Source of the DNA: the human T2T-CHM13v2.0 reference genome, Homo sapiens | Strand: one strand, 5' to 3' | DNA length: 64,000 nucleotides | Assembly (NCBI RefSeq): GCF_009914755.1 | Contig: NC_060928.1 | In this document: positions 12,251-27,051 of the stretch, in pieces | Position numbering within the stretch: the first letter of the stretch is position 1 | How the letters are laid out: the number at the start of each line of letters is the position of its first letter | The notes under the pieces: model-generated | The model's input: the letters and a program-made list of their open reading frames with translations, nothing else | Databases searched by the model: none | Told to the model about the DNA's origin: nothing | Made by a program: the position numbers and the translations under genes

Positions 12251-12960
12251 GAGGTAAAGGTGCCTGGCTCTGAGACGGGTCAGCTGAGATGAGTCAGTCG
12301 GAAGAAAGCATTCAACTGGAAATAAATCACCGCTTCACAAGCACCAAGAACGAAGAAAAGAAGGGAGAGAAAAGAGAGAAAGAGGAGGAAAAACATTTCC
12401 TCGTGGAGACCATTTTCTTGGTATTTAATAGCATTTACGGGACACCAAAACTGTTTTCTAGTGAGATGGTGGCATGTTTTTCCCTGGAGATTTTTAAGGG
12501 TTTTCCGTTGCAATCAAATGGATGAAAATGTTTTATAATTCATCTCTTATTGGAAAACAAGGAAAGGAACAAGATAGTCCCCTGAGTTGCCATGTAATCT
12601 CTATTTAGGCTTCTGGAATACTAAGTTCCTTTCCTCTTCAAAATGTTTAGGAAAGTGTTCCTGGCAATAATGCAGAGGCTGCAGCCCCAGGAATGAGGCC
12701 AAAGGGAAAGATGTTCAGATAGTTTTTTAAATAAAAATATTGAAATATTCCCGGATATACATTAACTGCTGTGGATGGTTAATTTTGTGTTGGAATGATA
12801 AATTTAGGGTCAAGTTCTACACATAAGGGTCCCTCATAGACCCAAACATGTACATCCAAGATGGGAGCACAAAATTACAAAATCAAGAATCTAGTTGCTT
12901 AAGAGGGAATATTATCATTGCAAATATTCAGGGAAGACTTCAATCGAAAGAATATGTATA

Positions 12961-13003
12961 TGTGTGAGTGTGTGTGTGTGTGTGTGTGTGCGTGTGTGTG
13001 TGA
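12961..13003. repeat. (TG)n microsatellite
   Basis: Directly visible, with interruptions. Confidence 0.95.
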
Positions 13004-13544
13004 GTGACAGAGGGAGGGAGGGAAACAGAGTTGGGAGAGGGGAACAGAAAGAAAAGGCCATAGAAATGTGTTTTACAAATAAAACTCTGAAAACACTGTA
13101 TTCCACCTGCGCAGAACTTATTGAGAGCAGCCTTATTTTGCTGACCTAGCAAGATAGTTATCCAGCAAATCTCCTAACTACATAAGAACACATTGTCAAA
13201 TTTTTAAACTTGTTAATAAGTTTAAAAAACAAAACTTTTTTGCAAACTCTCTGCTCTGGAGGCATATCTCAGGTTTATAAATTCTCAGTCTCTGCCCTTG
13301 CTGCAGCTACTACTCCCACTCCTCTCTGATCTGGCAGAGTCTTCCTCTCTCCACCCTTGGGTCCAAATCCCAGTTTAGCATTTCTCTTTGTCCAAGAACC
13401 TGCATTATAGTCCTGCAATCTTGTGTGTATTTGCCCAGACTGAATATATTCAAGTGGTTCCCTCCAATAATCCTCTTGTCTAGACCCATATAATTTATGA
13501 AAAGGAATTTTACGAAGGCTTAAATGTAGTCTGTGCCATATTCA

Positions 13545-14100
13545 ATTTAATTCAATAAATATTTATTGAGTGTCCACCTAGAATTGTGCTGTGCACTGTG
13601 TGAAATATAAAAGAAATATATAGCACAGTCCCTCCTGTGAAGGAGTTTGCAATATTCCTGGGAATAAAACTTGGGTGCTGAAGTAATTACAGGATGCAAG
13701 ATAGTATAGAGCAATGCAATAAAATTATGTAACCAAGACCACAATATAAGGTACAGACAACATTATGTTCGGTCAGGGCAAGCAGGATAGAGCTATGGGG
13801 AATAGTTCACAGAGGAGACGGAACTTGAGCTTGTCCTTGAGAGATGTATGGGCTCAGCTGGGAGCAGCAGTGGAGGAGGGCACTTCAGGCAGCGGAAAGA
13901 GTGTGAGTAAAATCAGAGAGCAGGAACAGTAGGCATGATATGTAAGAGGAAATGTGAAGAGGCCAGCCTGACTGAAGAGAAGGGGGAATGGAGGTCACGA
14001 AGTTGTGTTGGAAAAAGCTGGATAGAAAGAATATAATGAAACCACAGAAAGCCTTGAAGGACACAGTAAAAAATTTGGACTTGAACCATATGCTTAATCT
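13545..14100 (-). mobile_element. L2 fragment
   Basis: TTCAATAAATATTTATTGAGTG terminal motif followed by a purine-rich L2-type body. Confidence 0.65.
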
Positions 14101-14175
14101 CTCTATATCCCTTCCTTGATGTTCTGTCATTGTCATTAGAGAATTCATTCATTGACAGCCAGCATGGCACTCTGA

Positions 14176-14345
14176 GAAGAGCATGGACTACAGAGTGAGA
14201 AAGCACTGATTCTGCCTCATACACAACCTGAGAAAAGTCATTTTACTGCTCAACCTTCAGGTTCACAACTGTAAAAATGAGAAAACCAATGCCTATAATT
14301 TAGGAGTGTTGTGAAAAATAGAGATTATGTGTATAACATATCTTG
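14176..14345 (+). mobile_element. MIR
   Basis: AGAGCATGGACT...CTGTAAAAATGAG...GTTGTGAAAAAT core. Confidence 0.55.
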
Positions 14346-14494
14346 TGGATACAAACAGATGGAATCTTCTACGAGCTTCATTTATCCACTAACTATTTCT
14401 TGAATGTCTACTATGTGCCAAACACTGTTCAGCACTGGGAAAATGAAAACAAAAACACACAGTGCTTATTCTCAAGACTTGAACAGATACGGCT

Positions 14495-14740
14495 TAAAAC
14501 AGTGGAAAGACAGTAGCTTGGAATTGCATACACTTGCAACTAAAGCCCATTCCCACCTTGTACTAGTTGTATAACTTTGTGGAAACTATTCAATCACTCT
14601 GAATTTCAGTCTCATCATCTGTATAATTGGTCCAATGGTATCTACCTTATAGGCTGACTTGAGGATTAAATACAAATATGTAAAGAATCTAATCTAGGGC
14701 CTGACAATTTTAAGGCATTTAACAAATGTAATTTGTATTA
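14495..14740 (+). mobile_element. MIR inserted within L2 remnants
   Basis: CTCTGAATTTCAGTCTCATCATCTGTATAATTGG...TGAGGATTAAAT core. Confidence 0.7.
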
Positions 14741-14759
14741 TAGTGAAAAGGTAGGCATG

Positions 14760-15600
14760 AAAAATAATCTTATAACAAAAAGTAAATGACTGGAAGGGAG
14801 TTAGAGAAGTCTTCACAGATGACACAGTCACTTCACTGAGACTTAAATAACAAATAGGGTTGTAAGTGGGCATGTGTTAATAGGACATTCCTGGAAGAGG
14901 AAACAGCATATCAAAAGATACAGATATTAAAAGGACTGGCTTATTCTAGGACATGCAGAATTCAGTATTGACAGATTATAAAGTTGAAGGTGGAAAGTCC
15001 AGAAGAAGAAAATGATCAGATAGATAAAGGCCAGATTATCAAGAGCCTGGAGTGCCACAAAAAGGGGTTTGGATCCCTTCCAATAGGCAACGGGTAGTCA
15101 TTGATCAATGTTGAATAGTAAAGTGACTTGATCAGCTCTGTATGTTGGAGAACTCTCTCTAGTACGGAGATGGAAAGGCGGGGACAGCATTTAGAGGCTA
15201 CTGAAAAAGTTCACATGAAACACGGAGATAGACGAGATGGGATGATTACTAGTGATATTTAAGAGTTGGTTCCATCAGAATGCAGTTCTGATTAGATTTT
15301 AGAGAAGGGTAAACATCAACAAAGAATCTAAAATGCCCCTCATTTTCTTGCAGGAAGGTGGTGCATTCTTGAGATTGAGAATACAGATGAGAAGCAGGTT
15401 TGGAATAAAGATGATATTTCCTGTCTGAGATACGATGAGCTTAAGGTGCCTGTGGCATATTCAAATAGAAATCTGGCCACATCGTTCTGGAGTACAGAAT
15501 GGAGAACTAAGCTGGCTGGTGATGTAGAATTGGACATCATTTATGAATGAGGGTTAACCATGAGAATGGACTCACCCAGGGAAAAGGAAAAGAAAGGGGC
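14760..15600 (-). mobile_element. L2 fragment (its 3' end lies at ~14378-14480)
   Basis: CATTCCTGGAAGAGGAAACAGCAT and TAAGGTGCCTGTGG...TCAAATAGAAAT L2 motifs. Confidence 0.6.
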
Positions 15601-16633
15601 AGGCTATTCCTACTTAGCCTTAATATTGAGCTGCTCAAGGAGATGAAACTCAAATCCTTTAGGGTAAAAAGATAAACCCCAGATGTAGAGTCTGTTGAGG
15701 TATGCCCAAGGTCAAAGAAATCCATTTTCTGGCATACTCTACATGATGTAAGTTTCATTTGTCTGAAAGAAATGAGAGGGACCACATGGAAAGCCGATCT
15801 TGGATATTGAGGGACTACATACAGGATGACAATTATAAACACACTGTCTCTAGAAAAACACTTCATTTACAAAGCAGATTTGACAGCTCAAGTTGCTTTT
15901 TGGCAGAGCAGTCCTGCCTGGCCCCTGTGCGACCTGGTGAGCTTCGATTACAGCATTGATGCTGGCTCTACTACAGAGACCCCCTAAAAGGGGAGTGATA
16001 AATGAGGTCCTGTCAGGCTTCATTCCCTGGGTGGCCTTGAATCTCTGCCGTTATCTGTTACCCTGCCAGTACTGACAGTGATGAACACAAGGCAGGCAGC
16101 TAATGACACCCCGATTCATTACCCAAAAAGAAGGGAAAGCAGAAATAAAGGGAAGGTGACTGCCATGTGGAAGCTTGTCTCACGTCAGTGCCGTCTTCCT
16201 CCTACAGGTTTGAATGGTGAAGAAATGATGGACGCTGTTTGTCTCAAACAAGGACTCTAATGATACAACAGAACAAGTCACAAGAAAGCTTGCCTGGAAA
16301 ACCATACACTGGCCTCTTCGTGGTGAAGTCCTTCACAATCCTTACAAACATAGAAAATATTCAGCAATTCGTTTGTTTGTTTTCCAGTCCACTCTTACTT
16401 GAGAAAAATGCAAAACATCAAAGACACAGAAAAACCACCAGTCTATACAGCTTGCCCATACTAAATTGTTATTCATTTCAGAAGAGTGTACAGTTTCTTT
16501 CTGTAAGACTCTATTAAACCAGTTACTCTACAATAGCAAACATTTTAGGCAAACCTAACCATTGCTTCCCATAAAGATATTTATATCTTTAAGTGGTATC
16601 TGATTCATCCCTAAGAAATATGTTATCAAGATG

Positions 16634-16949
<316 letters not shown>

Positions 16950-17159
16950 GAAGATTTTTGTTTTGACTGTTTTTTTCTGAACTACAGGGAAACGAAGGCT
17001 TTTATGTTATTGTCCCCCTTTTCTCACTAACTGGACTTCCTGTGACACGTGAAGACGCTATGCATGTTTAATAAATACACTTTGAATTTAATGCTCAAGG
17101 AAGATAAGATTTTCCGTCTTAATTCAATCTATCTGTCTTGATCTAGGGTGTTAATTAGA

Positions 17160-17432
17160 GTACTGCTTCTGTGGGACATTAAGAGGAAGAATGTTATTAA
17201 AAGGGAGAAAAGATAATTCCATGGTCAAATAGATTTGAGGAAACTTGAGTTACTCAACTTTATCAAGTTTCTTTCCTACAGGATTTTTTTCAGTCCTTAA
17301 TATACAAACGTGCATATTGACTCTCCTAAAACTATTGTCTGTAATATAGCTCAGTCTATTTTCTTCTACTCAGAATATTTTGTGCAATACTTATCTAGAG
17401 TAGTGTTACATAGAGCCACACTTTGGGAACTG
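17160..17432. mobile_element. Old hAT-Charlie MER-type DNA transposon remnant
   Basis: CCATGGTCAAATAGATTTGAGGAAAC and terminal CACACTTTGGGAACTG. Resembles the remnant at ~31764-31950. Confidence 0.4.
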
Positions 17433-20400
17433 TGTTAGTCTAGATTTACCACAAACCCCATCTTCTCACTCATTTATTCCATTAATAAACTCATATGATT
17501 ATCAAGCTATATCCTAAGTATTTGGCAGAGCAAAACAGCCTGAGGGTGGGATAAATGCTTTAAAAAAAAGGTGTGATATTGTATCTGCCCCTAAAGCATG
17601 TATATATCTTGCCTCTATATTCAGCTCTTATACATTCTGCCTTTTAAACTTATTTTCAACATTTCCTCACTAAGGGAAAGAAGCATGGGTTAAAGAAGAT
17701 ACTGGTGCAAAAGGAAGAGCAATTATCTTAAATTTGGGACAAAGGCAATGGAGGTGATTAATACATGGATTTTACCCTTGCTTTTTGCTTAAGACCAAAT
17801 TATTTTTCTAAAAATAGCAGCATGAAAACATCACCATTTCTTCTGGAAAACATTCCAAGCTTTTTTTATATACATATGAATGAAAGTGGTCAGAACTTCA
17901 GAATACTTAAAAACTACAGCATAATTTTCATAAGTGCCTCATGCAAGAGCAAGCATATAGGGATGATTCACTTCATCATCATAAGACAGCTAAGCACTGT
18001 ATGTTTCTTGTTATGTAAGATGGACAGACACACATTAGCAGCATTTCTCATATTGGCTATTTGGTTTCTTCTACTAAAGCAAGCCCCTAGTGTTGTTCAA
18101 AATAGCTGAGGAGATGTAAAGTCTGGACTTCAGCACAAACAAACTTAAAAAGATATATGAACTAACCAGAGTTGTTGATCAGTGTTTGCTTGTTATTTTA
18201 GCCATAGAGCAAAGAAAAAAAATTAAAACAAATTTAAAGCTCACTAGAACTTTCATTATTCAAGCAATTTTAAACTAGTATCCAAAGTAGTACCTAAGTT
18301 GCAAACTTGTAATAACTAGAAATGGACTATAAAGCCTCTCTGATCTTTTTCATCTTTAAAAAGTAATCACGATTCAGGAGAAAAGAACCGTTCATCCAAG
18401 AACTAAAGTAATATCTGAGAGAGATGAAACAATCATTATAAATTAGAAGTAGCCCATCATTCATTTTTCTGCTATCTTCTCTCCAGGAGAAAGTTGACTC
18501 TCTGGAAAATCTGACTGGTGCTCTTTCCTCGTGTGCTCCAAGAACTTAAAAGCCAATTGTGATGTTTCCAAAATAAAGTACAGAGAAAGACACTTCTATT
18601 TCATTCCTCTTTCCCAGTGGCAGATTATTTGTATCCAAGCTTCATGGAATTTACCCGAGATGGGATAAATATAATTTTGTGTTTTTTAACAGAATAAGGT
18701 TTATCTCTCCACAGTTTCCATGTAAAATTCTTTTTTTCCTACAACCAACTGGGTACCTTCTACTTTTTCTGTGAAGGCATTTATTTCTGGCTGGTCAATC
18801 TGAATTGTTCCATTATCTTGCTACCCACTAGTGATGAATAAACTTCCTTATTTCTGAGTTCTTTGAGACCTGAAGGATTGATGGGCAAGAAGGAAGAACC
18901 GGGACTGCCAATGAAGGCAGGAATTCATCTTATTAGTCTCTGGTTTGAGTTAATCACTGGGGAGATAATATTTTAAACTCCAAAAGACTTCATGAAATTT
19001 TCCAGAATTTCTCCAGAGACACAGATCAATAGACCAGAATAATCAAGAAAAGGGAGCACGTTTGCCAAATGCCACTCACTTGGTAGGGTATTTCACTTGA
19101 GTGAGCAAAAGGGTTTTTATGGAATTATTCCAGCCCTATGAAAGAAGGAGCAAATCAACCCTCCAGGAAAGCTCCTCCAAATTGCAGCTAAAGATAAAAG
19201 AAAGGGTGACATTTTAATTCCAATCTTCAATCCTCAACAGAGGGATGCGGGTGGCACTTATTTGTTATGTTGTTCAGTTGATGAACAGCTTTCCCATAGC
19301 ACTGAGCAATCACTGCCCTGTACTCTCAAAATAATGCATGGTGATATGGGGACCCAGGGCCCCATAATTTTGCCAATGGCTCGCCTCTTCTCTTTCAGCA
19401 AGAAGCAACCGAAAATGAAGCCTGCCTGATTGCTATGAGGGTTCCTCGGGCTTCAGCGATGTTTAAATATTAGCCCCCAGAGCTCAGAGCTTAACTCCCA
19501 GCAGCAAAACAGTTATCTACCCTGGTACCCTGAGCCAGGCATAAAAATTCGAAAATTTTAAAGCAAAGTCTAAGTTTAAAAAAGAAAATCACACATGGCG
19601 GGGTACAAGGAATGAATAAACCTCCAGCTCCCAAGAACATTTTCCAAAATGGCTCCTTTACCATTTCTAAATGTGAAGCACACAGATCTCCGGGTGTGGG
19701 ACTCTCCTGCTTCTAGATGCCCCTCTCCCTCCACACTGTAAGCTTTCTCTGCACCTGCACCTCCTCTAAGACTTGGCTCCTTCCTGATCATTTCTGCCTT
19801 CAATGTGATATGCTCATCTTATTTTCTTATCCTCTCTCCTCTCCCTGTTCCATCTCTTTCTCTGTACCTCTTTATTCCTCTTCATCTCCCTCCAAGCCCC
19901 TTTTGTCTCTGGTTATGGCAGCCACTTAAGCATTGGTGGGTGCTCGAACTTGGCTTACCTGACAGGGGGTCCCTGAGGCTGTCCAAGAGAAACAAGACCC
20001 TAAGAAAGTATAAAAATCTGAGCTGCAACAAAGCATTTTTTTAACCTGAATTCAAAAGTATTTTCCTTAGCCCGTGCTGCATGTGCTGTATTGTTAACTT
20101 CTATCAAAGGGGTTCATATCTCAGGAATCACGGGAAACTTTCAAACATGATTGATGGCCGGTCAAAAGAACATCCACAGCGCGATAAGCTGCAGAGAGGG
20201 AATGTGCTGAGCCGGTTCAGGATTGCCTGGCTGTGCCTTTCAAATTCCTTTCATCGCAATCGGTGACTGTAAGCACTGCAGGGTGAGAACAAGCCAGGAC
20301 TTTGTGGAATATTCTTAACTGCTGATATGTAATCCATACAGCTAGTGGTAGCAGCCCGAGGATAAAAGATTTAAAGAAATAGAGACACAAGGACTGATTT

Positions 20401-22819
20401 TTTTTAAAAAGGCAACTTGGAAGGAAAAAAAAGAGTGAGAACAGTAAGATTTATGTTAACCCATTGGGAGTGCTCTGGAAATCTCTTTGATGAAGGATTG
20501 AGATTGCTTTGAAGCAGACTTTATTGAAGCAAAAAGTAAGTGCAGTGTCCAGGGACTTGGGTCGACTGGGTCACTTATCAGTCTTCCTGACTTTGAGTTT
20601 CCTTTTTCTTCCAAATTCTGCATGCTACCAAGCTCCTAAATGCTGCTCTATAAAAATATTTTCCTGCTAAAGGAGGCTTTTATATAGCCTTAGTAATTAG
20701 TAGAAACTTGACTGGTGAGAAATATATTAAAAAGATAAGAACCCAGAAAAGAGGATACATACATATATACACCCACATATGACGTGTAAAAGGCTATTAA
20801 AATATCTGCACCCTGTTATGCATGCCCTTTCTTACTATGAGTTCAGATTTCAAATACAACACTACAGAGAGTTGGGACAAACTGGATGAGTACCATGGGA
20901 AGGCAAAAGTGGTTGTCATTTTCCAACGGTAGGAATATCAAACAGAGCTTAGGGAGCAAGAAGTAAAGATGGTCATGGCTGAAAGGGAGAGAACAACAAA
21001 TAGAAGGTTTTGAGCCACCAGTGAATTTGCCTGAAACTGGGAATGTAAAACCATCCCATAAACAAGTGAGATGGCTAATTCTGGGATTATGAAAGAAAGC
21101 TCTAACAGAAAAAAAATTTTTTTTTTAAATCAAGGAGGAAAAGAAGCAAGTACCAATGAGTGACATAATGATGAGAAAGGACATATGGCTGATGATGTAG
21201 GGAAAGCCGAAACTCAGGATTGTCCTTCCTAGCACAAGCTGTCGTCTGTAGCTGCGCTTAGGCTGTTATTATAATTATGCTTTTCCATCCTTCCCGGCTG
21301 TGACCATAAAGTAATGAGGCTGATTTTTTTTAACAAACTGCAGTTTATATATTCAAACAGTGTTGATTTTCAGAGAGAGCAATGTTGCTGTTCTTAGATT
21401 TTGAAATCTATGATATCAGAAAACTATTTTCTTTGTGGCTAGTGTTTTGCCTCTGAAGGCAGTTTCCAAAAGGAAGTTTCCAAAGGGAATCATTTCCAAA
21501 AATGGTTTGAACAATCATACAGCAGTGTTAGTGGTTTCACTGAAGTTAGTGTTTAACCTTCCCAGCTAACTTTTTGGAAGGAAAAGGCTAATTTGGGGAT
21601 ACAAGTTCAAGAACAAGAGTTCAGCAATCAGTCATTGCTCACAAAATGAAGTCACAGGATTATTGGAGCAGGAGGAATTGGAACTCCTCTGCAGCCCTTT
21701 TAGACAGATACTGAGAAATATAGCAACCTGGTACACTGACCACTGAAGAAACCACACTGGAAAACATGAAAGCAAGTGCAATGGAGACTCCGCCTACCAG
21801 ATCATTGTAGCTCCCAAAAAATAATGAAATCACTCTGCTCTCACCTGCCCCAATAAAGAAAAACAAATACAGTGTATTCTCAGATGTTTGGCACACTGAT
21901 ATGTTCCACAGACAGCCACCAACTTTACACTAATAGCCAAGGTGGTTCCTAGGGAGATCAATAATACCACTACTTGGCAAATGCTGAAACCCACTGCTCC
22001 CCTTAGATTCTCCACAAGAGAGCAAGAACATTTTGAGAACACACAGAAACTTCAATAACTTGGATGAATAACTATCTTTACACTGGCAACTCATCCTTTC
22101 TTTCTGTAAGGAAATGGTCCAGGGATATAACAATAAATGGGTACCTCTCCTCTACAAGGAGGCACCAAGCAGTACAACCCCATTCAACTTCAAAGAGTAT
22201 CAGAATGACAAACACCATGTTGTTTTGTAATATCTGGGCCAGTTTCCTGTGTTTTATTACAAGTGTCCACCATTTGTTGGAGTTCCTTAGAGATGGTCAA
22301 CTCCAATGCCATAGAAATAATGGCATTTTTATTTGGCTTATGGGAAAATAGATACAGTAAGCATATAAACCTCAGAAAAGGTTTTCTTTTCTCTTATTTG
22401 CCAGCTTCTATAAAATCTGTATTGGTTGCCTGATGCTTTTTCCAAAATCTGAGGGAACTGACTGAGCATAAAATGTTGAATTTTGGCATGCAGGGAAACC
22501 CAGAATCCAATACAGGTTGACATATTGGTAAATGTGATGAGCTACAAGGTGGCGTCACTTCTAAGGCACTGAGAGATGACCAGGTTCCAAGTAGGGGAAG
22601 TCCTTTAGGTCATTGCAGGGGACAGAGTCAGAAAATTATCTCAGGTGTCTTCAGACTTGAGGACAAGATATCAAAGCCCAAGGAAAGCACTAAAAGGGCT
22701 TGAGCAATGGTGTCTTCTCCATAACTGGCCAATTTCTCTGATAAACCAAGATGACACTTTCAGTTTAGCCTACAGTGGTATGCTAATTCATTGAAATAGG
22801 AGAAAGAATGGGAAGAAAT

Positions 22820-22990
22820 AACATTTATTGAGTCTTCACCACATGGCCAGAGACCTTATGTCACAACAACCCAGTGTGGGAAGAATCATTATGTCAATTT
22901 CTACACATTAATCAATTGAAGACTCAGAAGTTAAGTGACTTATCGAGCTTATGCAAGATTCACCCTGATCTCTCTGGTAACTAATGCTAG
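22820..22990 (-). mobile_element. MIR
   Basis: CATTTATTGAG...CACAACAACCC...ACTCAGAAGTTAAGTGACTT. Confidence 0.6.
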
Positions 22991-24479
22991 GTGTTTTTAA
23001 CATGCCTAAGCTGAGCTGCAGTGACATCTCCCAGGGTGTCTTACCATTGTTTCCTCCTTTCATGCAATCTATTCTATGAAAGTCCAATTTCACAAAAGAT
23101 CTTCATTAGAAAGAAACTCTACTTCACACATAATTCGTTATTGGGTTCCCTTAATAAAGGTATCATCTGGAATATCTTAACAAATGAACAGAATTCACCT
23201 CTTGCATGAAGTGTGGTGTATTTGTATAGGCATGGAGTCCTTTTTTGATGATGCATCAAAAGTTTTTATCCCCTATCTCCTTACATTGTCCCATACCAAG
23301 ACTACTAACCAACAACCCCACAATAGTAACCAAGCACTTACCATATATCTACCAAGGGCTAGTCCTTAGAAGAGCCACGGGGCATGGCATTTAAACAGGT
23401 AAAAACAACATAAAAATATAAACCTGGTAATGATAGGGCAGGTACATCTCCTCCACTCCAAGCTCCCCTCTGCACTATCGTTCTGACTCACCCTCCCTAG
23501 CCTCCCACTAGAAAGCTGTATAGCAACCATTTTTCAGTGTCAAGAATTCATTAAATAAAACATAAATACTATACTCTATGGGACCAGGATTGGGCTCCAA
23601 ACAAAATTTAATGTGCAAACAGCGCTTAAAGGCCCTTGGTCTCCGTTCTGCTATTCCTATCACCAGCCTGGTTCAGAAGCCTCATAACTCGTCCTCTCCA
23701 CAAGTGACTTGGCTACAAAGCAAGTTGTTTAGAAAAGCAGATAACAACCTCCCTTGAAAGAAACTAGTGAGGCATTTTAGAAAATAGGGTCTGTAGCAAA
23801 TGTGGTCATAGGAATCACACAGCAACCTCTCAGGACTCGTTTCCTTCGGCATTGCCCTAATGAGGCTGCTTACAGTCTAAATGATGGAGAACAGTTCTCC
23901 CACACCCTCTCAGGTCTGTGATGCCCCAGTATTTTCTCTGCTTCTGATGCAGGGAAAACTGAAAGGATGACAGTGCCAAAGAACTTTCTCCTGGTTAATA
24001 GAGAGAATTTGAGATCACCTGGAGAGGCTCAGTCTATTGCAAAGACTCTTTGGGCAGTAATGAGACTTGAGAGATTTATCCGCCTTCAGGCAAGGTCTCT
24101 CCTAAACTACCCCAGATGCAACTCTAGCCTATTTTAAAAGACCTCTAAAGAAAGAAGGTTCTTAACTCTTCCCTTCTGCACAGGAATAAAGAGAGTGTTG
24201 GGAAGGCAGTTCACTTACATCTCAAATCAGCATACATGTGAGTCAACATAATTGGCCAAACAAAATTGCATTCCATGATAACAGGTAAACTATTTTAGAT
24301 CATTCATAATGAAAGTGCTTTCCTATCCATTGCCTATTTATGAGATCTGAAGTGAGGAAATCCAACCAAATCTTTTCCTTGATCAAAGTTCTTCTATGGC
24401 TCCCCATAATCTAAGTAATCTCATGTAAACAAGATTGAAAAGAGAAACTCTCTTTTAATTTATTGTTCCCAGAGAGGCT

Positions 24480-24589
24480 CTAGCTCATTTCCTCATCTCC
24501 TTCAGGACTATATGGAAATGTCACTTTCTCACTGAGGCCTTCCATTAAAAACTACCCCATTTAAAAACTGCAACATCCCTCACCATACA

Positions 24590-24633
<44 letters not shown>

Positions 24634-24840
24634 ACAGTCACTCTTTCATTTTTTATTTTTCTCCATAGCGCTTATCACCATCAAATGTACTATATAATTT
24701 CTTATTGTCTATTTTCCCTATCAGGATGCAAGCTCCATGAAGGAAAATATTTTGATCTGTTTTGCTCACTCCATTATTAAAATAGAGCTTGGTACATTGC
24801 AGGTACTCACTACATCACTTTTGAGAGTACTGAATGAACA
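24480..24840 (+). mobile_element. L2a 3' end containing a (CA)n microsatellite (~24591-24636)
   Basis: AAATGTCACTTTCTCACTGAGGCCTTCC...GCAAGCTCCATGAAGG...TGAATGAA. Confidence 0.75.
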
Positions 24841-25634
24841 CATAGCTTCCTGCAAGATGCAGGGTCTTATATTAACTAACTGATGATGACCTTTCTCAAA
24901 CAGGACATTGACTGATGAATATACAATAGCTATTCCTATTTAGGACATTAATTCTGGTTTTAAGATCTGAAATGGGGAATTTTCAGCTGTGATCTTAGGA
25001 GTCAGCACCCCTCTGAGATGTCCCCTTCCCCCAGCCCCAGAGGGGTACTAAAATGTGGAGCCTTGGGCTTCCTGAATTCTGCCTCAACCAAGCCAGTTCT
25101 TCTAATATCTGTCTTATACACTGGGGCTTTCTGTAAGATGTTACTGGGGAGGAAACTGTCCCATTACTAAAAATACAGTTAGAAAACCTCTAGGCTAAAC
25201 TATGAGAGAGAGAAGCATGAAAGAACATTGGATAGAGTGTCAAAGAAATACAGACTTAATTCATTCGACAAAGATTTATAGGGCACCCATTGGGTACCTA
25301 GATTTGTGCCAGATGCTGGAAATACATAATGAAGTAGGACACAGTCAGGCTCACAGTCAGCCAAGCTCACATAACAAGTAATTATAATGTCCTCGGAAAT
25401 TTTGTAAAATCAAAGGGGCTTTGGAGAAGGATGTCAGGAACGTGTCCTGCCAGAGGCATCTGCTGAATCTTAAGGATAGTTATTAGTCAGATGGAGCATG
25501 AGGAGACTGACCTTCACATTGTGATTTTAAATAAGATTTTAATCTCTTAGGACTCAATTCCTCCAACTTTAAAATAGGAGGCTTGAAAATTAGCTGATAT
25601 GTAAAGTTCATCCCAAATGTAAAACTATTTATCA

Positions 25635-25965
<331 letters not shown>

Positions 25966-26275
25966 CTATCCAGCTTTGCCTACTTACCCTACAACCAGTA
26001 ACAAAAGTTGTTAGTTTCGAGTAATACTGCTGAATATAGAGTTTGGGCCAATTCATCGGAACATGAATAATGTGTTTGGCATTGCATGTTGATGAGTAAG
26101 TCCCAAGAAAAAATGTTTAAATTAATTGGTGTTTTCTTTCTATATGAGAGGTTTTTGTTGCATTGTTCAGATTCAATTTCAATAATTCCATTATATCTAT
26201 GCTCAATACCAGATATGAAGTAACCTAAAAACAAGTTATGAAATTACAAACTTTATTGTTCACCATTTAACATCG

Positions 26276-26588
26276 TTTGTTTTTTGTTTTTGTTTGTTTG
26301 TTTGTTTCAGGCAGAGTCTCGCTCTATCGCCCAGGCTGGAGTGCAGTGGCGCAATCTTTGCTCACTGCAAGCTCCGCCTCCCGGGTTCACACCGTTCTCC
26401 TGCCTCAGCCTCCTGAGTAGCTGGGATTACAGGCACCCGCCACCGCGCCTAGCTAATTTTTTGTATTTTTAGTACAGACAGGGTTTCACCATATTAGCCA
26501 AGATGGTCTCGATCTCCTGACCTCGTGATCCGCCCACCTCGGCCTCCCAAAGCGCTGGGATTACAGGCGTGAGCCACCGCGCCCAGCC
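26276..26588 (-). mobile_element. AluY
   Basis: GCAAGCTCCGCC, TTAGCCAAGATGGTCTCGATCTCC and CTCGTGATCC diagnostics. Confidence 0.95.
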
Positions 26589-26971
26589 TCAAGTTTGTTT
26601 TTACATTTGAGATGCTCTTCCACGTTTAACATATAGAATAAGAAAACAGAGCTCACTATGTCCTGGTAAATTTGGAACTAGAAGAGATTTCACGACATTT
26701 TACTCCTCCATGCTTTCAAATCATAACAAATATGTCATCTAGGAATTTGTTCACTGTCATCAATTATCAAACTATCAAAAGTTAACAGGTTAGCGTAATG
26801 ATGAGTGGAATTCTGAAGTATATGTGCTTGGAGAATTTTGGTGTTGGGGTTTTCAATGTGTGCAAATCTCATTATACTTATGATGCCCAAGAGCTTAGTC
26901 TCTACCAGGAGGATTAAAGAAAATGACTTAGCTTCAAAAAAAAAAAGTTAACAGCAATATTTCCAAATATA

Positions 26972-27051
26972 TTAAGTTGGTGCAAAAGTAATTGTGGTTT
27001 TGACCATTACTTTCAATGGCAAAAACCACAATTACTTTTGCAGCAATCTAA
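26972..27051. mobile_element. MADE1 (Hsmar1-derived 80-bp MITE)
   Basis: TTAAGTTGGTGCAAAAGTAATTGTGGTTTTGACCATT-ACTTTC-AATGGCAAAAACCACAATTACTTTTGCAGCAATCTAA. TA dinucleotide on both sides. Confidence 0.95.

Noticed and set aside
12289-12525. 78-aa ATG ORF ([11 protein letters not shown]...)
   Set aside because: No recognisable homology, a low-complexity purine core and no supporting gene structure.
21400-22400. Possible processed pseudogene or UTR in a long repeat-free stretch
   Set aside because: I see no sustained ORF, poly(A) tail, TSD or recognisable homology.
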